From: the human T2T-CHM13v2.0 reference genome, Homo sapiens
Strand: one strand, 5' to 3'
Assembly (NCBI RefSeq): GCF_009914755.1
Contig: NC_060943.1
DNA: 64,000 nucleotides
Made by a program: the position numbers and the translations under genes. The notes beneath the pieces are model-generated. The model did no database searches. It saw only the letters and a list, made by a program, of their open reading frames with translations, and was not told the origin of the DNA. Shown here piece after piece: positions 32,991 through 57,881 of this stretch (positions are counted from its first letter, which is position 1; the number at the start of each line of letters is the position of its first letter).

Positions 32991-33557
32991 GTAAGTGGAG
33001 GTATCTCAGCCCCTCACTGGTCTGGAATGTCCCTCCACCCTCCCCAGACAGATATTTTCTTTAGATTTGTGGTGTCATGGGACTCACCTACCATTCTCTC
33101 AGCGTTTGGTTTGGGAACCCTGGAGAATCCCTGAGCTAAGGGCCCTGAGTCCAGGCCAATGTTTCCATTTGGAGCAGCCAATGGAAAGATGGGTGAAAAT
33201 TTATGATAGAAACAGGTAGGTACCAGCTTTTGGAACTCCTTGGAGGTGAGGCTGAGCTGGTTCAGGGAACTGCAGGTTTCCTTTATTTCTGTGAAGTTTG
33301 GCATCTATTGTGAGGAAGTTGGAGTTTGGGATCAGAGGAGGGAGATTTATCTAACCCAAGTGTTGACAGGATACAGAGTGGAAAACAGAATGAACACAGT
33401 GACTAATGGGAATGTGAAGAGACAGCAGGGATCAATGACACCAAGGTCTGGTGTCTCTTCTGACTTGGGGATCTTGGGAGGAGAATGTATGGGGACATGG
33501 ATTTTGAGTCTTCCAAATTGAGACTGTTCATGGTTTCATCAATCCCTATTATGCTAG

Positions 33558-33896
<339 letters not shown>

Positions 33897-34154
33897 TAAG
33901 CCTAATAGATCCCACCTGACTTGCCTTCTCCCTGTCTGGTGACTTTCTAGATCTATGGCACCCAGTTTTCCCTCCCTTCGTGTACCTAACATTTATTTGT
34001 GCTAGACTGTGACATGAAATGTAGTCACTGACATTGCCACTATTTACACAGACTGTTCTTCAACCACCAACCTTTCCATTAACAGCAGAACACTCTAACA
34101 AATTGTGCCGCAGAGACATTACACAGACTGTTCTTATAGAAACCTCCTTCAAGG

Positions 34155-38770
<4,616 letters not shown>

Positions 38771-38840
38771 CCTTGTTCTTTTTTGTGCCGTGTTGTTCTG
38801 GGCCAGTGTTAGTTGCTCACATGTCCTGTCTTTCCCTTAG

Positions 38841-38996
38841 GACTTATATCATCCTGGTCTCATGTAGTTGCTCAACTAGGGCTAGGGGAAGTGCCCTCTG
38901 TTCTTCACAGGATGTTCATGACTCCAGCCTCAGCAAGATGGGATCAGAGAGGGCCTGGCCTACATGAATGGCACTTGGGAAAAGGCATGTCATCAG
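38841..38996 (+). CDS. ZNF211: ZNF211 alternative KRAB-B-derived exon, extended to a downstream donor
   Basis: tttcccttag|GA CTT ATA TCA: GLISSWSHVVAQLGLGEVPSVLHRMFMTPASARWDQRGPGLHEWHLGKGMSS; 156 nt, open, phase 1/1; donor G|gtctgt. Confidence 0.6.
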
Positions 38997-39632
38997 GTCT
39001 GTGTTTAAATTGCACCAGGAACCTGTCCTGTTTGACTTGTCTTGATGCCATTGCCAGAGACACTTCACTTCGACCTTCCCCTCTTCACTCTTAACAGTTT
39101 ACAAACTTGTTATTTCTACTACTTGTCATTTTTATTTTGACTTCTAGCTAACGCTAATCCTCACCTCTCTGGACTCCTTATCCTACCTGTTCTTTTCACT
39201 GTTCCCTCTGTAGTGTTCTTTAATATTATTTTGTCCTGAAGTGTGCATATCTCCCTTAATAGTCCCTGAACACCAGTTACTGTTCCAGTGAGATTTTCCT
39301 GGGCCTGGGCATACACTTCACAGCATCACTTGTCACCAGCAGATGTGATCCCACTAAAAGCTATTATCAGAAGAATTAATTGTATAACATGCCTCTTAGT
39401 CCTGGGCCATACCTTAGCCTTGTGCACTGTACCTGGGAGGGCCTACCCTATTCCGTAACCTTAGGGACAAGTAATGCACAACAGCTGCTTCCTCAACCTG
39501 ACCCCCCAACTCACTTTTCCTAAAAACAGGCCCATATACTGGTTCTTTGCTGTAACTGATGTGCATTTGCAATTGCATTGTCTCCTCCTAATAAAGGTAA
39601 CATGTACTTCACCATGATCTCTTTACTTTTAG

Positions 39633-41110
39633 GTTGTTGGTGTGGAGTGGAACATGAGGAAACACCTTCTGAACAGAGAATTTCTGGAGAAAGAGTGCCA
39701 CAGTTCAGGACTTCCAAAGAAGGTTCATCTTCCCAGAATGCCGACTCCTGTGAAATATGTTGCCTGGTCTTGAGAGATATTTTGCACTTGGCTGAACACC
39801 AAGGAACAAACTGCGGGCAGAAACTACACACATGTGGAAAACAATTCTACATCAGTGCAAATCTTCAACAGCACCAGAGGCAGCACATTACAGAGGCACC
39901 TTTCAGAAGTTATGTGGACACTGCCTCGTTTACACAGAGTTGCATAGTCCATGTGTCGGAGAAACCCTTTACCTGCAGGGAGATCAGGAAAGACTTCCTG
40001 GCCAACATGAGGTTTCTCCATCAAGACGCCACTCAAACAGGGGAGAAGCCAAATAACAGTAACAAGTGTGCGGTGGCCTTTTACAGTGGAAAAAGTCATC
40101 ACAACTGGGGAAAATGCAGTAAAGCCTTTAGCCACATAGACACACTTGTTCAGGACCAGAGAATCCTCACTAGAGAAGGACTTTTTGAGTGCAGTAAATG
40201 TGGGAAAGCATGTACGCGAAGATGTAACCTCATTCAGCACCAGAAAGTCCACAGTGAAGAAAGGCCTTATGAATGCAATGAATGTGGAAAATTCTTTACC
40301 TACTACTCCAGTTTCATTATACATCAGAGAGTTCATACTGGAGAAAGGCCTTATGCGTGCCCTGAATGTGGGAAATCGTTTAGTCAGATATACAGCCTCA
40401 ATAGCCATAGGAAAGTTCACACTGGAGAAAGGCCTTATGAATGTGGGGAATGTGGGAAATCTTTTAGCCAAAGGTCCAACCTCATGCAGCATCGCAGAGT
40501 TCACACTGGAGAAAGGCCTTATGAATGCAGCGAATGTGGGAAATCTTTTAGCCAAAACTTTAGCCTGATCTACCACCAGAGAGTTCACACTGGAGAAAGA
40601 CCTCATGAGTGCAATGAATGTGGAAAATCCTTTAGCCGAAGCTCCAGCCTCATTCACCACCGGAGACTTCACACTGGAGAAAGACCCTATGAGTGCAGTA
40701 AATGTGGGAAGTCATTTAAGCAAAGCTCCAGCTTCAGTTCACATCGGAAAGTCCACACAGGGGAAAGGCCTTATGTGTGTGGGGAATGTGGGAAATCCTT
40801 TAGCCATAGCTCCAACCTTAAGAACCACCAGAGAGTTCACACTGGAGAAAGACCTGTTGAGTGCAGTGAATGTAGCAAATCCTTTAGCTGTAAATCTAAC
40901 CTCATTAAACACCTGAGAGTTCACACTGGAGAAAGGCCTTATGAGTGCAGTGAATGTGGGAAATCCTTTAGCCAAAGTTCTAGCCTCATTCAACACCGCA
41001 GAGTTCACACGGGAAAAAGGCCTTATCAGTGCAGTCAATGTGGGAAATCCTTTGGCTGCAAATCTGTCCTCATTCAACACCAGAGAGTTCACATTGGAGA
41101 AAAGCCTTAG
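39633..41110 (+). CDS. ZNF211: ZNF211 terminal exon: spacer plus 11 C2H2 fingers (and 1 degenerate)
   Basis: Acceptor ttacttttag|GT at 39633; ORF 39578-41110 ending HIGEKP*. Confidence 0.93.
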
Positions 41111-41672
41111 CTGTACTGAGAATATGCAATTTCCTTTTAGTGTAATTATACTGAAGGAGTACACCTGTGAGAGAGACAAGTACCTGATTTGGAAGCCCCA
41201 ACATCTAAGGATATACAGTGGGCGGATTCCCCTTAAGTTCCAGGTATGTGTTACACTTTCTAACATGCCATTTAGAAAGTGTTAGACTTTCTCACCTGCC
41301 ATTTATGGCTCTTGCCGTTTATGTCACTGACAGTTTCTGAGGCAGAAGCCGTATCATGTCTACCACCTGTGAGGTCCACACAGTGTGTATCATTTACCTC
41401 CTGAACCTGCTCAAGGAAGCAGACCTCTGCTTCTCCCCATTTGCTAGAAGAAATCATGAATAGTCTGAGTCTTCCTCTCTGACAAGTTAGGGCATGGACT
41501 TGACCCAGCTTTGTGCCAGAGAACCCAATATGAGTGTTGTTGGCAGCTTGCCAAGAAGGACTGTCTTTTTCAAGACATACTGGTTTCATGTGACACCTCC
41601 ATGGATTTTTTTCCAGCCTCTAAGTCACCAACTTGGGAACTGCTTGTCTCACGTTGCTTTGTTTTTTACAAT

Positions 41673-41678
41673 AATAAA
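41673..41678 (+). terminator. Candidate poly(A) signal AATAAA, ZNF211
   Basis: acaatAATAAAag at the position paralogous to the ZNF134 signal. Confidence 0.55.
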
Positions 41679-43091
41679 AGCATTATTATTTAAGCTACCT
41701 TTATCTTGGCATTTGATTCACTCTTTGAGGTGGTTCAAAAACAGAATCGGGCCCTGCCAGCTTTACAGAGTAAACACCTTTGGAGGGAGAGGGAGGTGTC
41801 ATATGCCTCAGTGACAACAGTATAATGGAAAAATACAACTGTCTTTCCAGCTTTGGCCTAATCTGAATTTGAATTATTGCCCAAGGCCTTCTAGGAAATA
41901 CTGCAGGATATTATGGTCTTAATTCGTGGACTGGATGCAAGGATTTTTTGTGGGCTCAAAGGACACCCTGAGGAAGTGGGAAATTGTGACAAATTCCATT
42001 GCTTCTGGGAACAAGATGAATTTTGTTGTTATTCACAAGGGTTATTACATACTGCCCAGCACTGTTGAGGCAGTCTACCCCCAGTGCTGCCAAGGAGCCA
42101 AGTGCCCCAATACAATTTAGTAGGCTACTGTCACTGTAAAATGATGGGGGAACCATAATTGGTGTGGAAACACTGGGTTACTAGGGAGTGAAGGAGACTG
42201 CAGCAAACTAGATGGAATGTGCTCCTTGTAATATGTTCTAGTAATTGTGCAGGATCAGTGTGTACAGACATTCTTAGAATTTCCAGGCATGTGTATTTTT
42301 TGTAGCTGAGGTGACTGTCAAAAAATAATAAACAACCTAAAGGTTTTGTGTATTCCAATAGCCTTTCTGGGATGTGCACCTCAAGAACATTGCTGCATAG
42401 GCCAGGAAAACAAGCATAGAAAGAAGGGGCGGGGGATGTCCTTCCAGGAATGTGACTTTGTAACCTACCATCATCCTGTGTTTAAATGAATTCAAATCAG
42501 TTTCATTGATTACCAGTATTTGCTGCCCACTGAGGCAAGGTGTCCCTCCAAGGTCATCAGGAAAGAGAGTTAATGTAGGGTTACCAAACCTAGTCAAAAA
42601 CACATTATACCATCATTATAATTATTACAATGAACATATCAGTCACCTCGGATTTACCTCAGGCCTTTTTCTAAGCTCTCCCTCCCCTCTCTGGCCCTCA
42701 AGGCAACCATTGATTTATACCTTCATTTATAATAGGTTTGTTTGTATTTTCTATAATATATGATTTTATTAATAAAATGTCTTTTTTTCCAGTTTCATTC
42801 ATGATGCATAATTATTTTGAGATTCTTCAATGGAGCTTATATGTGGTGGTCATTCTTTTTATTGCTGAGTGGTATATTTTTTATGGATATACTATTTGTT
42901 ATCCATTTGTTTATAAGCATTTAGGTTTTATCTAGTTTTGGCTATTACAAATAAAGCTGCTAGAAATGTACAATTCTTCATATGTGCATTTTTTTCACTT
43001 CTCTTGTGCAATGCCTGAGACACAGGATAAATGAATGTTTAACTTATTAAGAAATGGCCAAAAATGGGCTGGGTGCGGTGGCTCACGCCTA

Positions 43092-43441
<350 letters not shown>

Positions 43442-43545
43442 TCACATCCTTGCCAATACTTGGCATGGTCTATCTTTTAGAATGTACCCTTTTAATAAGT
43501 GTGCAGTAGTTTTAATTGCATTTCCCTAAGGATTCATGATGTTGA

Positions 43546-43787
<242 letters not shown>

Positions 43788-45539
43788 TGAGATGGGGTTT
43801 CACCATGTTAGCCAGGATTGTCTCGATCTCCTGACCTCGTGATCCGCCCGCCTCGGCCTCCCAAAGTGCTGGGATTACAGGCGTGAGCCACTGCACCCAG
43901 CCTGCCAACTGTATATCTTCTTTGATAAAATGTCTGTTCATATACGTTATCTGTTTGTTAGGAATTGTGTCTATTTTGCTTTTCATTAACAAATCACTAG
44001 TTTTTGTTCCACAATTAATTTCATGCTATGCACAGTGTAATTACCATATATACCACACACTTTTAAATTTAATCTGTATTATTCACATATTCTCTATCAC
44101 ATTCTTAAGTCTAGACACTTAGTAGTACAGTGAATCAAGCTATGGTTTATAGTGATGCCAGTTTCCCTGGTGTAAAACTTCCCATTGTGGCCAATTTCAA
44201 ACTGTCATCATGTCACTGAATTTGGGGTTGGGAAGAGCCATCAGAAACATACCATTTCCATAATAGTGATCCATATTTAAATTTACTTCTAAATAAATTT
44301 ATTTGCAAGTTTACTACCTGCAAATAGCCTCTAGAATGTAGACAATAAAACATAGTAAAATGATTAGGAAGTGACAAATTTTGAATATTTGTTTTTTAAA
44401 AAATATAAAAGAGGTATAATTGACAATGCAAACTGCACATATTTTTAAATGTACATTTTGATATTTTGATACACGCTTATACCCTTAAAATCAAAAATTT
44501 CATTGAAAACAAGTGAAAAGACAATCTGTAATACTGTTAACAGTTAACAGTTAAGTTATTCTGTTAAATACATCAGTTGTCCAAAAAACAAAGTAGGCAA
44601 CATATTTGAAATACAGGCAGTTCTTGCTCTATTCATCTTCATGAACTGAAAATGCCTTGACAAAACATGAGAAAGAATGGAAGTTAACAATTGAGATGAA
44701 ATTTGCCAACATTTATTTTGGAATCAAAGTCTATTTTCATTATGAATCCTCTGGGATTTTGTAACATAAAGTTTTCTAGTGCAAATACATTGGGATTTAT
44801 TAGGATTTACTGATAAAGAACTCTCAGTCACATTTTAGTTGTCCATATTATATATTTGGTACATTCTGTGATAACGGAAAGTACAAATAGCACTAATGTT
44901 TTGGGGAAGAAAATAGCTACTTGTTGCCTCCTTCCCACAGAACCAGGGCTAGATAATGAGGAGCACATCTCACTAACTGATCACACAGCTGTCTGTAGAC
45001 ATTTGGCCAGGAAGAGCACTGTGGGATGAATCAAACAACCAGGAAATCAGGTGGAGGAGAATCAGAAGAGATGCTACTGTTTGTTTTCAAGTAAATCAGG
45101 CTATCTCCAGAAGGATCATCAATCATAGATAAGTGTTTACTTCTAGTGTTACACAGGTAGAACAGAAAGTATGTTAAATTTATATGTATTTGAAAGAAAA
45201 ATTTAAGCATGAAGTAAAAACTGAAGGAACATTCTAGAAAAGTTTTAGTACACAAAATAAGAGAATGTAATTAAACGGTATTTCACTGTAGATTTCTGCT
45301 ACTTTGGTCTCACCCATTAAATCCCCTATACCTCACATAGTTGACATGAACAAAGCCATTCATTATTCCACTGGCAAATACTTTCCTGTTATATATGTTC
45401 TATTCATTACCTATTCCAACAGCCTCTCATACACATTCACCTTCGAAGGTGATTTCAACAGTTCTCAGCTGGGCGCAGTGGCTCACGCCTGTAATCCCAG
45501 CACTTTGGGAGGCCGAGGTGGGCAGATCACTTGAGGTGC

Positions 45540-47300
45540 ACATCATCTGGTGTGCTTAGCATTACTCCATTTCTGATACTGTTAGAAGGCAACTTCTAAC
45601 TTTGTCAGCTCCAACCAATCCCAAGCTGGCCAAGCACCTATTGGGTCTCTTTTGCTCCTGGAGGCAACATAGTCTCCATTTACAAATACCACTCAGGCCT
45701 ATTTATTCACCCATCCACAAAACAGCCCACTTTTGGAGGCCTTTACAACAGAAGGCCCTAGAGTCAGTTCAGATGACCATATAACAGACATTTCCTTTAG
45801 TGCCTCCTGGAGATTCCTTCATGGTGGACTACCCACTAGACTCTCTTCTTAGACTCTGGACCACACATCTGGCCATAAGCTGCCCATGGGCTTCTGGTGC
45901 AAAAAACTGCCTGTTTTGTCCTCATGTAACATGCAATTAGAGCAACAACTGCCAGCTACATACTGGGACCTCTTAGAAACAGAAGCTCTCACAGGACCTG
46001 AACCATGGCACACTCCACCCAGTTACACATTATTACCTGGGTCATGAAAGCAACACCTACAAGCTCAGCCTGATCACCAAGGCCTTGATACAGGATGGAG
46101 CCAAACCTGGGCCCCCTGGTGTATCTCACTTGGAAAAAGAGGTGGCCTTCTCTGTCCTCAGTCTCTTGCCAGATGCCATGGTGAAGGAAGTCTCCTCTCT
46201 CCTGGGCCCTTGGCAGCCCTGGAATCAAGTAAGTAAACAACAAGGGGAGAACACATACTTTGTTGACAGTAATGCCACCACTACATGAGCTGGAGCTCTC
46301 TGGAGGTCTGCTGCTTTTCTTCTAAACAAGACACACTGCTGAAGGATGGGAACTGCAGGCAGTCATTTTAGCGCTGGAGGCTACCTTGGCCAAGAAATTA
46401 CCTCAATTACACTTCTAGTCATTTGGTGCAACCAATGGCAACAATTTCTCGTTCAAGATCATACTCTTGGGGTAAACAACTTCAGGAATTTCTTGCCTCT
46501 CAGATATCAAAGATATAAATTAAGATCATGTATGTCTCCGCCCACACCAAGGCTCAGACTGCTGAAGCCTAACTTAATTCCCAAGCTGGTAGATTACAAC
46601 AATTTTCAAAAACTAGGACCAAAACTTTGTTGGATGACCTTCCAGGCCCATTCCTTTATTTTTGGCCCAATAGGCCCATGAAACAACAGTCATAGAGGAA
46701 CCTCTATGAGGAACCCAATCTTGAAGACTGGGGCTAAACACAAAGTGTTTCCCCACCCCTCTACCATGGCCAACATGATGACGGGTCAGTGCACTCTGTG
46801 GGAATACCTGTCATTGGCAAGACAACTGAGGTGTGCTATTCTGGATCCCACTTTTAGTCATGTGGCAGGTAGATTTTACCAGGCCACTGCCTCTGTCTAC
46901 CAGTGCCACTTGTTATGCTTTGACTGTGGTTGATGCCTACCGCCGACATCTTACTTTACCCCACTAGACATGGCACTGCTGAAGCTACTATACAGCACCA
47001 CAAAACGCTCCTATTCCCTTTGGAGTTCCCGACAACAGCGGTGAACAAAGCTCTCATTTTAGACAAAGCATTTGAGAGAACTTGCGACATTCCAATCAGT
47101 CCCAGGCTGCTGGTTTTATAGAATGCCACAATGGCTTACTTAAAACTTAGTAGAAATTATGAAATAGCATATGGTCTTATAGATGGGTCTTTTTCCTGCC
47201 ATTAGACCTTATTATACTAAATTCCCAGCTCTATTCCCTGCCAAAATGCACTGAAAACATCTCCATTAGATTTCATTGCCCTCTGTGGTGACACTTCACA
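45540..47300 (+). mobile_element. Ancient ERVL-class pol relic
   Basis: LSAPTNPKLAKHLLGLFCSWRQHSLHLQIPLRPIY resembles the HERV-L RT/connection motif GLFGFWRQHIPHL..LLRPIY; multiple frameshifts; 3' boundary approximate. Confidence 0.6.
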
Positions 47301-48183
47301 TAACAGAGCTTACAAAGATCATATTGAACTAGGCATTCCTCCTGTTCTTCCTCTTTCTGCTATCACTTTTCAGTCCCCATCCTGACTGGAAAGAAAGACA
47401 GACTGAGGGTGGATTGTGAGTTATGATCCTCATGAATGAATGCCCCTTTGGCTTCCTGCCAGAGCCATCTGGCACCCTGCTAACGTTGAGTCGCCTAAGG
47501 CAGGAGTTTTGCCAAATATTCTTGGTTATAAAGGATACTTAATTACAAATGCCCATAATGATCTCACTCAGGAAAGAGAAATCATGGCTCCAAGACCCAC
47601 AACCACACCGTGTCAATAACAGGCCAGCAAAGACCAAAACTGAATTTGTCTAACAGCATCCTCCACTAAGGAACGCAGGCTCCCCCTACCTCATTGGCAG
47701 TTTTGTACACCTGTGTGTGTGTGCGCCGTAGGCTCCCTTTCAACTGCCTCACCATGTCACAGCTTATTCAGCTGACTGTAAGCCTTACCATGGCACTCTC
47801 CACACACTCTCCACACATAATCTATTTGGCTGGTCACACCTCAAACCTAAACTTGTTCTCCTGGACTTCTCTTAAAAATGCCAACTCCAGTTATTCAAGA
47901 TGACCCACTATTATGTCTGACCAAAATGTTCACTGGCAATAATTCATACCAAATACCAAGTCCAAGACTTTAGCCCCTGAGAACTTATTGGTTGTATTTC
48001 CCGAAATACCCCTCGCTTCTGAAGTTATTGAGTCCTTAATCTCAGACTTCTCTTAATTTGACTTGCACTATGTGCATTTTGGGGCCAAATATAACCTTTT
48101 GTTATCCTGCCAAAAAAAGTTCTGTATTTTGATTGTGATGGTGATTACATGTATCTCCACACGTGATAAAATTGCATAGAACT

Positions 48184-48793
<610 letters not shown>

Positions 48794-49168
48794 CTACACA
48801 CATACAACGAGTGTATAAAATGGTGAGCTCTGAAAGAGGTCTGAGGATTGAACCAATGTCGCATTCCTGGTTTTGGTAATGTACTAAGGTTATATAAGAT
48901 GTTACTATTGGGGAAAGTAGGTGAAAGGTACTCTGCACTATTGATATGGTTTGGATATCTGTCCTGCCCAAACCTCATGTTGAAATGTAATCTCCAATGT
49001 TGGAGGTGGGGCCTGGCAGGAGGTGATTGGCTCATGAGGGTGGTTTCCCCTGAATGGTTTAGCACCACCCTTTGGTGCTGTCCTCACGATAGTGAGTTAT
49101 CATGAGATCTGGCTGTTTGAAAGTGTGTGGCACCTCCAACTTCGCTCTTGCTCCTGATCCCACAACTA

Positions 49169-49468
<300 letters not shown>

Positions 49469-49510
49469 TCAGAAGGGTTAGGTTACTCACCACTATACTA
49501 ATGAGGATGA

Positions 49511-49877
<367 letters not shown>

Positions 49878-50244
49878 TAATCACCTTCTAAAGGCCCTAT
49901 CTCTTAATCTCATAATACCATTGCATTAGAAATTAAGTTTTAACATGAATTTCCACCAGCCTCAGGGGCTCACACCGGTAATCCCACCACTTTGAGAGGC
50001 AGAGGCGAGTGGATCACTTAAGCCCAGCCTGGCCAACATGGTGAAACCCTGTCTCTACTAAAAATACAAAAATTAGCCAGGCATGGTGGCAGACACCTGT
50101 AATTCCAGCTGCCTATGAGGCTGAGATGGGAGAATCACTTGAACCTGGGAGGTGGAGGTTGCAGTGAGCTAAGATCACACCACTGTACTCCAGCCAGGGG
50201 GACAGAGTGAGACTCCATCTCAATAAATAAATAAATAAAGATAA

Positions 50245-50574
50245 TGTTAGCCCAAACGGTGCCATTTCATAAACCCTGGACAGAGTGGAAAATTCCACTA
50301 GGTCTTTGGCTGTGAGAAACATCCTGCCAGACGAGTCCCAAGCCTAACCACCTGACTGCAGGAAATCCCTCCCTTATCAGCAGCTAACCACAACGCCCCA
50401 CCCCAGTCTACAACAAGCCCAGACCTCTCCCGCCTAGACCTATAATTACCCCAATCTGTAAGCAGGGGTGGACTCCAGCGCTAGCTGGTGTCCCCGTCTA
50501 CAGGCCTTTGTTCAATAAACCTGTGTTGCCATAGAGCCATCTCCATTCCGTTCCTTCTCCCTTCCTTGCTCTCA
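50245..50574 (+). mobile_element. 5' LTR of HERV-F-class (ERV1) provirus
   Basis: TG...CA ends; TATAAT at 50441; AATAAA at 50514; directly followed by the PBS. Confidence 0.8.
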
Positions 50575-50590
50575 GTTCTGAAACCCGGGA
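50575..50590 (+). other. tRNA-Phe primer binding site
   Basis: GTTCTGAAACCCGGGA versus the tRNA-Phe 3'-end complement TGGTGCCGAAACCCGGGA. Confidence 0.8.
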
Positions 50591-51068
50591 CGACGCTTGG
50601 GTTCACTTGGAGGAATCCCTTTTTGCAACCTGGGAAGCAGTGAGCAGCGGCAGCTCATCCCAGGTGAATTCCCAGATCCTAATTAGACCCTTCACTCCCA
50701 GCCCCGTCTTCCTACCACTTTCCCTTTTCTCTCCTTCTTCCACTAGGAGGCTCCAGCAAGGATCACTCCAATTACTGGACATCATATCCAACACCAGTCT
50801 CCGATTTCTGGGTGAGTTCCCCCTTTCCCCCTCTGGATTCCTCTCATATTTCCAGAAAAGCCCAGTGCCAGGTGAGAGAACTCCCCAGTCACCACTGGGT
50901 AACCCTGACCTGCCTTCTCAGGGGATGTCCTCAGAATGCTCACTGCTCCAACCCCCAAGGGACTGTGAAAAGCTTCAGGGATGCCCCAGCTCTTCTCCAT
51001 CCCTCCTCATGATTGGAATCAGGATACTCACCACCCCACACACCTATCTCACCCTCCTGGCCACCAAT

Positions 51069-52901
<1,833 letters not shown>

Positions 52902-55585
52902 CAGGATCACCCACTACCATCACCACCTTAGAACGCAGGGTAACACTGTCAGTCTCTGGTAAGCTCATGTCTTTCCTGTTGGATACTGGGCAACATACTC
53001 AGTTCTACCAGAATATTCTGGACCTCTCCTCAGTTCTTCCATCACTATTTTAGGAGTTGATGGAATACCCTCTAAACATAAACAGACTGGCCCCCTATTA
53101 TGTAACCTAGTCAACACTTGCTTCACCCACTCATTCCTGGTCATCCCTCAATGTCCCACCCCTATTTTGGGACTGAATATATTAATCAATTCCAGTTTTC
53201 CATAGAATTTACCCCCTGTCATTCTACCCCTTTTATTTTACTCTGTCAACTGGACACTTCCCTCTCCTCTCCCTCATCTTCCTTATCCAATTTGCTAGCC
53301 TCTGTCAACCCCAAGGTTTGCGATGTTTCCAAGCCAACAATAGCAGCATACCACACCCCAGACAAAATAACCTTTCAAAACCCTTCTACATTCCTTTGTC
53401 AGCCCAGTACCTCCTTAGCCCAGCTGGCCTCAGAGACCTCAAACTCATTCGTTGGAAATTCCTGCAAGCCCAAATTCTCAAGCCTGTTAAATCTCTCCAC
53501 AACACCCCTATCCTGGCCATCTGGAAAGCTGATGGGTCCAACTACCTGGATTTTTTATTTATTAACCAGGCAGTGGTGCCCATCCATCTGGTGGCCCCCA
53601 ATCCCTACACTTTACTTTCCCATATCCCCCCACCTCCACCACTCATTTATCTGTATTGGACTTGAAGGACACCTTTTTTCACCATCCCCTTGGATCCAGC
53701 CTCCCAAAGCCTTTTTGCTTTCACCTGGACAGATCCTGATACTCACACATCCGCACAGCTAACATGGACTATATTCCCACAGGGGGGCTGGAATAGCCCC
53801 TGCTTATTTGGACAGGCCCTCACCAGGGACCTGGCTAAACTTCCCCTTGCTCCTAGCACCCTCCTCCAATACATCAATAACACCCTTCTCTGTAGCCCCT
53901 CCCTTAACCTATCTATCCATCCAACACATCATTCAGCTTCTAAACTTTCTCCATTCTTGGGGATATTAGGTCTCACTCACAAAGGCTCAAGTAACCCAAC
54001 CCCAGGTTACCTACCTTGGACTTATCCTAATCCCTAATATTCAGGCCATACCAACCCAATGGAAGAAGCTAATCCGGGATATGCCCCTTTCTCATACAAA
54101 GAACCTCCTTTCCTTCTTGAGCCTTGTGGGATACTTCTGGCTATGGATTCCCAACTTGCTGACCAAGCTGCTGTACACCACATCACGTGGGCCCATCCTA
54201 GAACACCTGGATCCAGTCTGTACCATTGACTCCCAGTTCAAAAAACTGAAAAATGCCCTTTCAATGTCGCCAGCACTGGGACTACCCAACCCCAACAAGC
54301 CCTTTACTCTGTATGTTCATTCTAACCAAGGCCTTGTTCTTGGGCTACTCTGTCAAACATTCAGCGGTACCCCACAAGCCATTGTATATCTCTCAAAACA
54401 ACTGAACTCAGTCATCTAAGGTTGGCCACCCTGTTTAAGGATCTTATGTGTGTCTATGCTGCTGGCCTCAGAAGCTCAAAAACTCACCCTCTATCAATAC
54501 ATTACCATTGCACCTTCTCATAACCTACAGGAACTCATGAGTCATTGCTCCCTTCTTTCCCTCCTGCTATCTTACTTACAACAAACACACACCTCCTACA
54601 TAAACAACCTTCTAATCACCTACCAAAGATGTAAAGTTCTCAACCCAGCCACCCTCTTCCCTATAAGGACCTTTGACTCTGAACTCTGTCACTCCTGCTT
54701 GGACTTTTTAGATTCCCTTTCCTTCCCTTTCCGACACATATCAGAGACCCCCTTACAGGGGACACCTACATGGTTCATTGATGGGAGCTCCTTTAAAGAG
54801 CCATGTCTTGCAGCAGGCTACACCATCGTTGCCAAACACAAGCTCCTAGAGTCCAATACTGTCGCATCCCCTACCACCTCCTAACAGGCAGAATTAGTCG
54901 ACCTAACTAGGGCCCTCACCCTAGCAATAGGAAAAAGGGTCAATATTTACACTAACTGTAAGTATGCATACCACATTCTACACTCCCAAGCCTTAATCTC
55001 ACAGGAAAGAGCTTTTCTTAGTACCAAAGGGACCTGCATAGTAAATGGCAAACTGATACACAGGTTGCTGGAGGTAGCTAAACTACCATTAGAGGCCACC
55101 ATTATCCATTGCAATGGACACCAGAGAGCTACAGATGCCATAACCAAGGGAAACATTATGGCAGACTCAGCAGCCTGGCAGGTGGCCCACAACATCCCAT
55201 CACTGTTGTCCATTTTCCCAGCAGACATCCCTCATACACCCAGGAGGAACAAGTCAAACTAACACTGGGGCTACCCAAAGGGAAGGCTGATGTTATCTTG
55301 ACACAAACTCATCCTGCCCAAATCTCAAGAACTCTCTATTCCCTCCCACATCCACAACCACTTCCATGCTGGTTATTACCACATACCCCAGTTTTTAAAA
55401 ACTTACACACACTCCACCACCATGACAACCAACCTTGAATGTTTAACCAGTCTGCCCAGTTTGTGGTCAGACTTCCCCTGAAGGGGCTCTTAAACCACCT
55501 CCTTTCTCCACTCATCAGGCATGAGGCCATTTCCCAGAACAGGACTGGCAAGTTGACTTCACCCATATACCCCCTGTAAAAAAAG
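52902..55585 (+). pseudogene. ERV pro-pol (protease, RT, RNase H, N-terminal integrase), disrupted and truncated
   Basis: FLLDTG (~52982); FAFTWTDP, FPQG; YINN at the YxDD position (53870-53881); WFIDGSSF; QAEL; WQVDFTHIP at ~55545-55572, then an abrupt end. Confidence 0.9.
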
Positions 55586-57430
<1,845 letters not shown>

Positions 57431-57620
57431 ATAATAATACACACCAAAAATATTCACGGCTCAAGAAGTAATATACTTCCTGCCGGGTGCAGTGGCTCAG
57501 GCCTGTAATCCCAGCACTTTGGGAGGCCGAGGCAGGTAGATCACCTGAGATCAGGAGTTCAAGACTAGCTTGGCCAACATGGCGAAACCCCGTCCCTACT
57601 AAAAAGGCAAAAATTAGCTA

Positions 57621-57881
<261 letters not shown>

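Noticed and set aside
39824-41266. Long antisense and alternate-frame ORFs over the finger arrays (also 5298-6228 and 19430-20282)
   Set aside because: Expected shadows of the 84-nt finger repeat; no independent coding signal.
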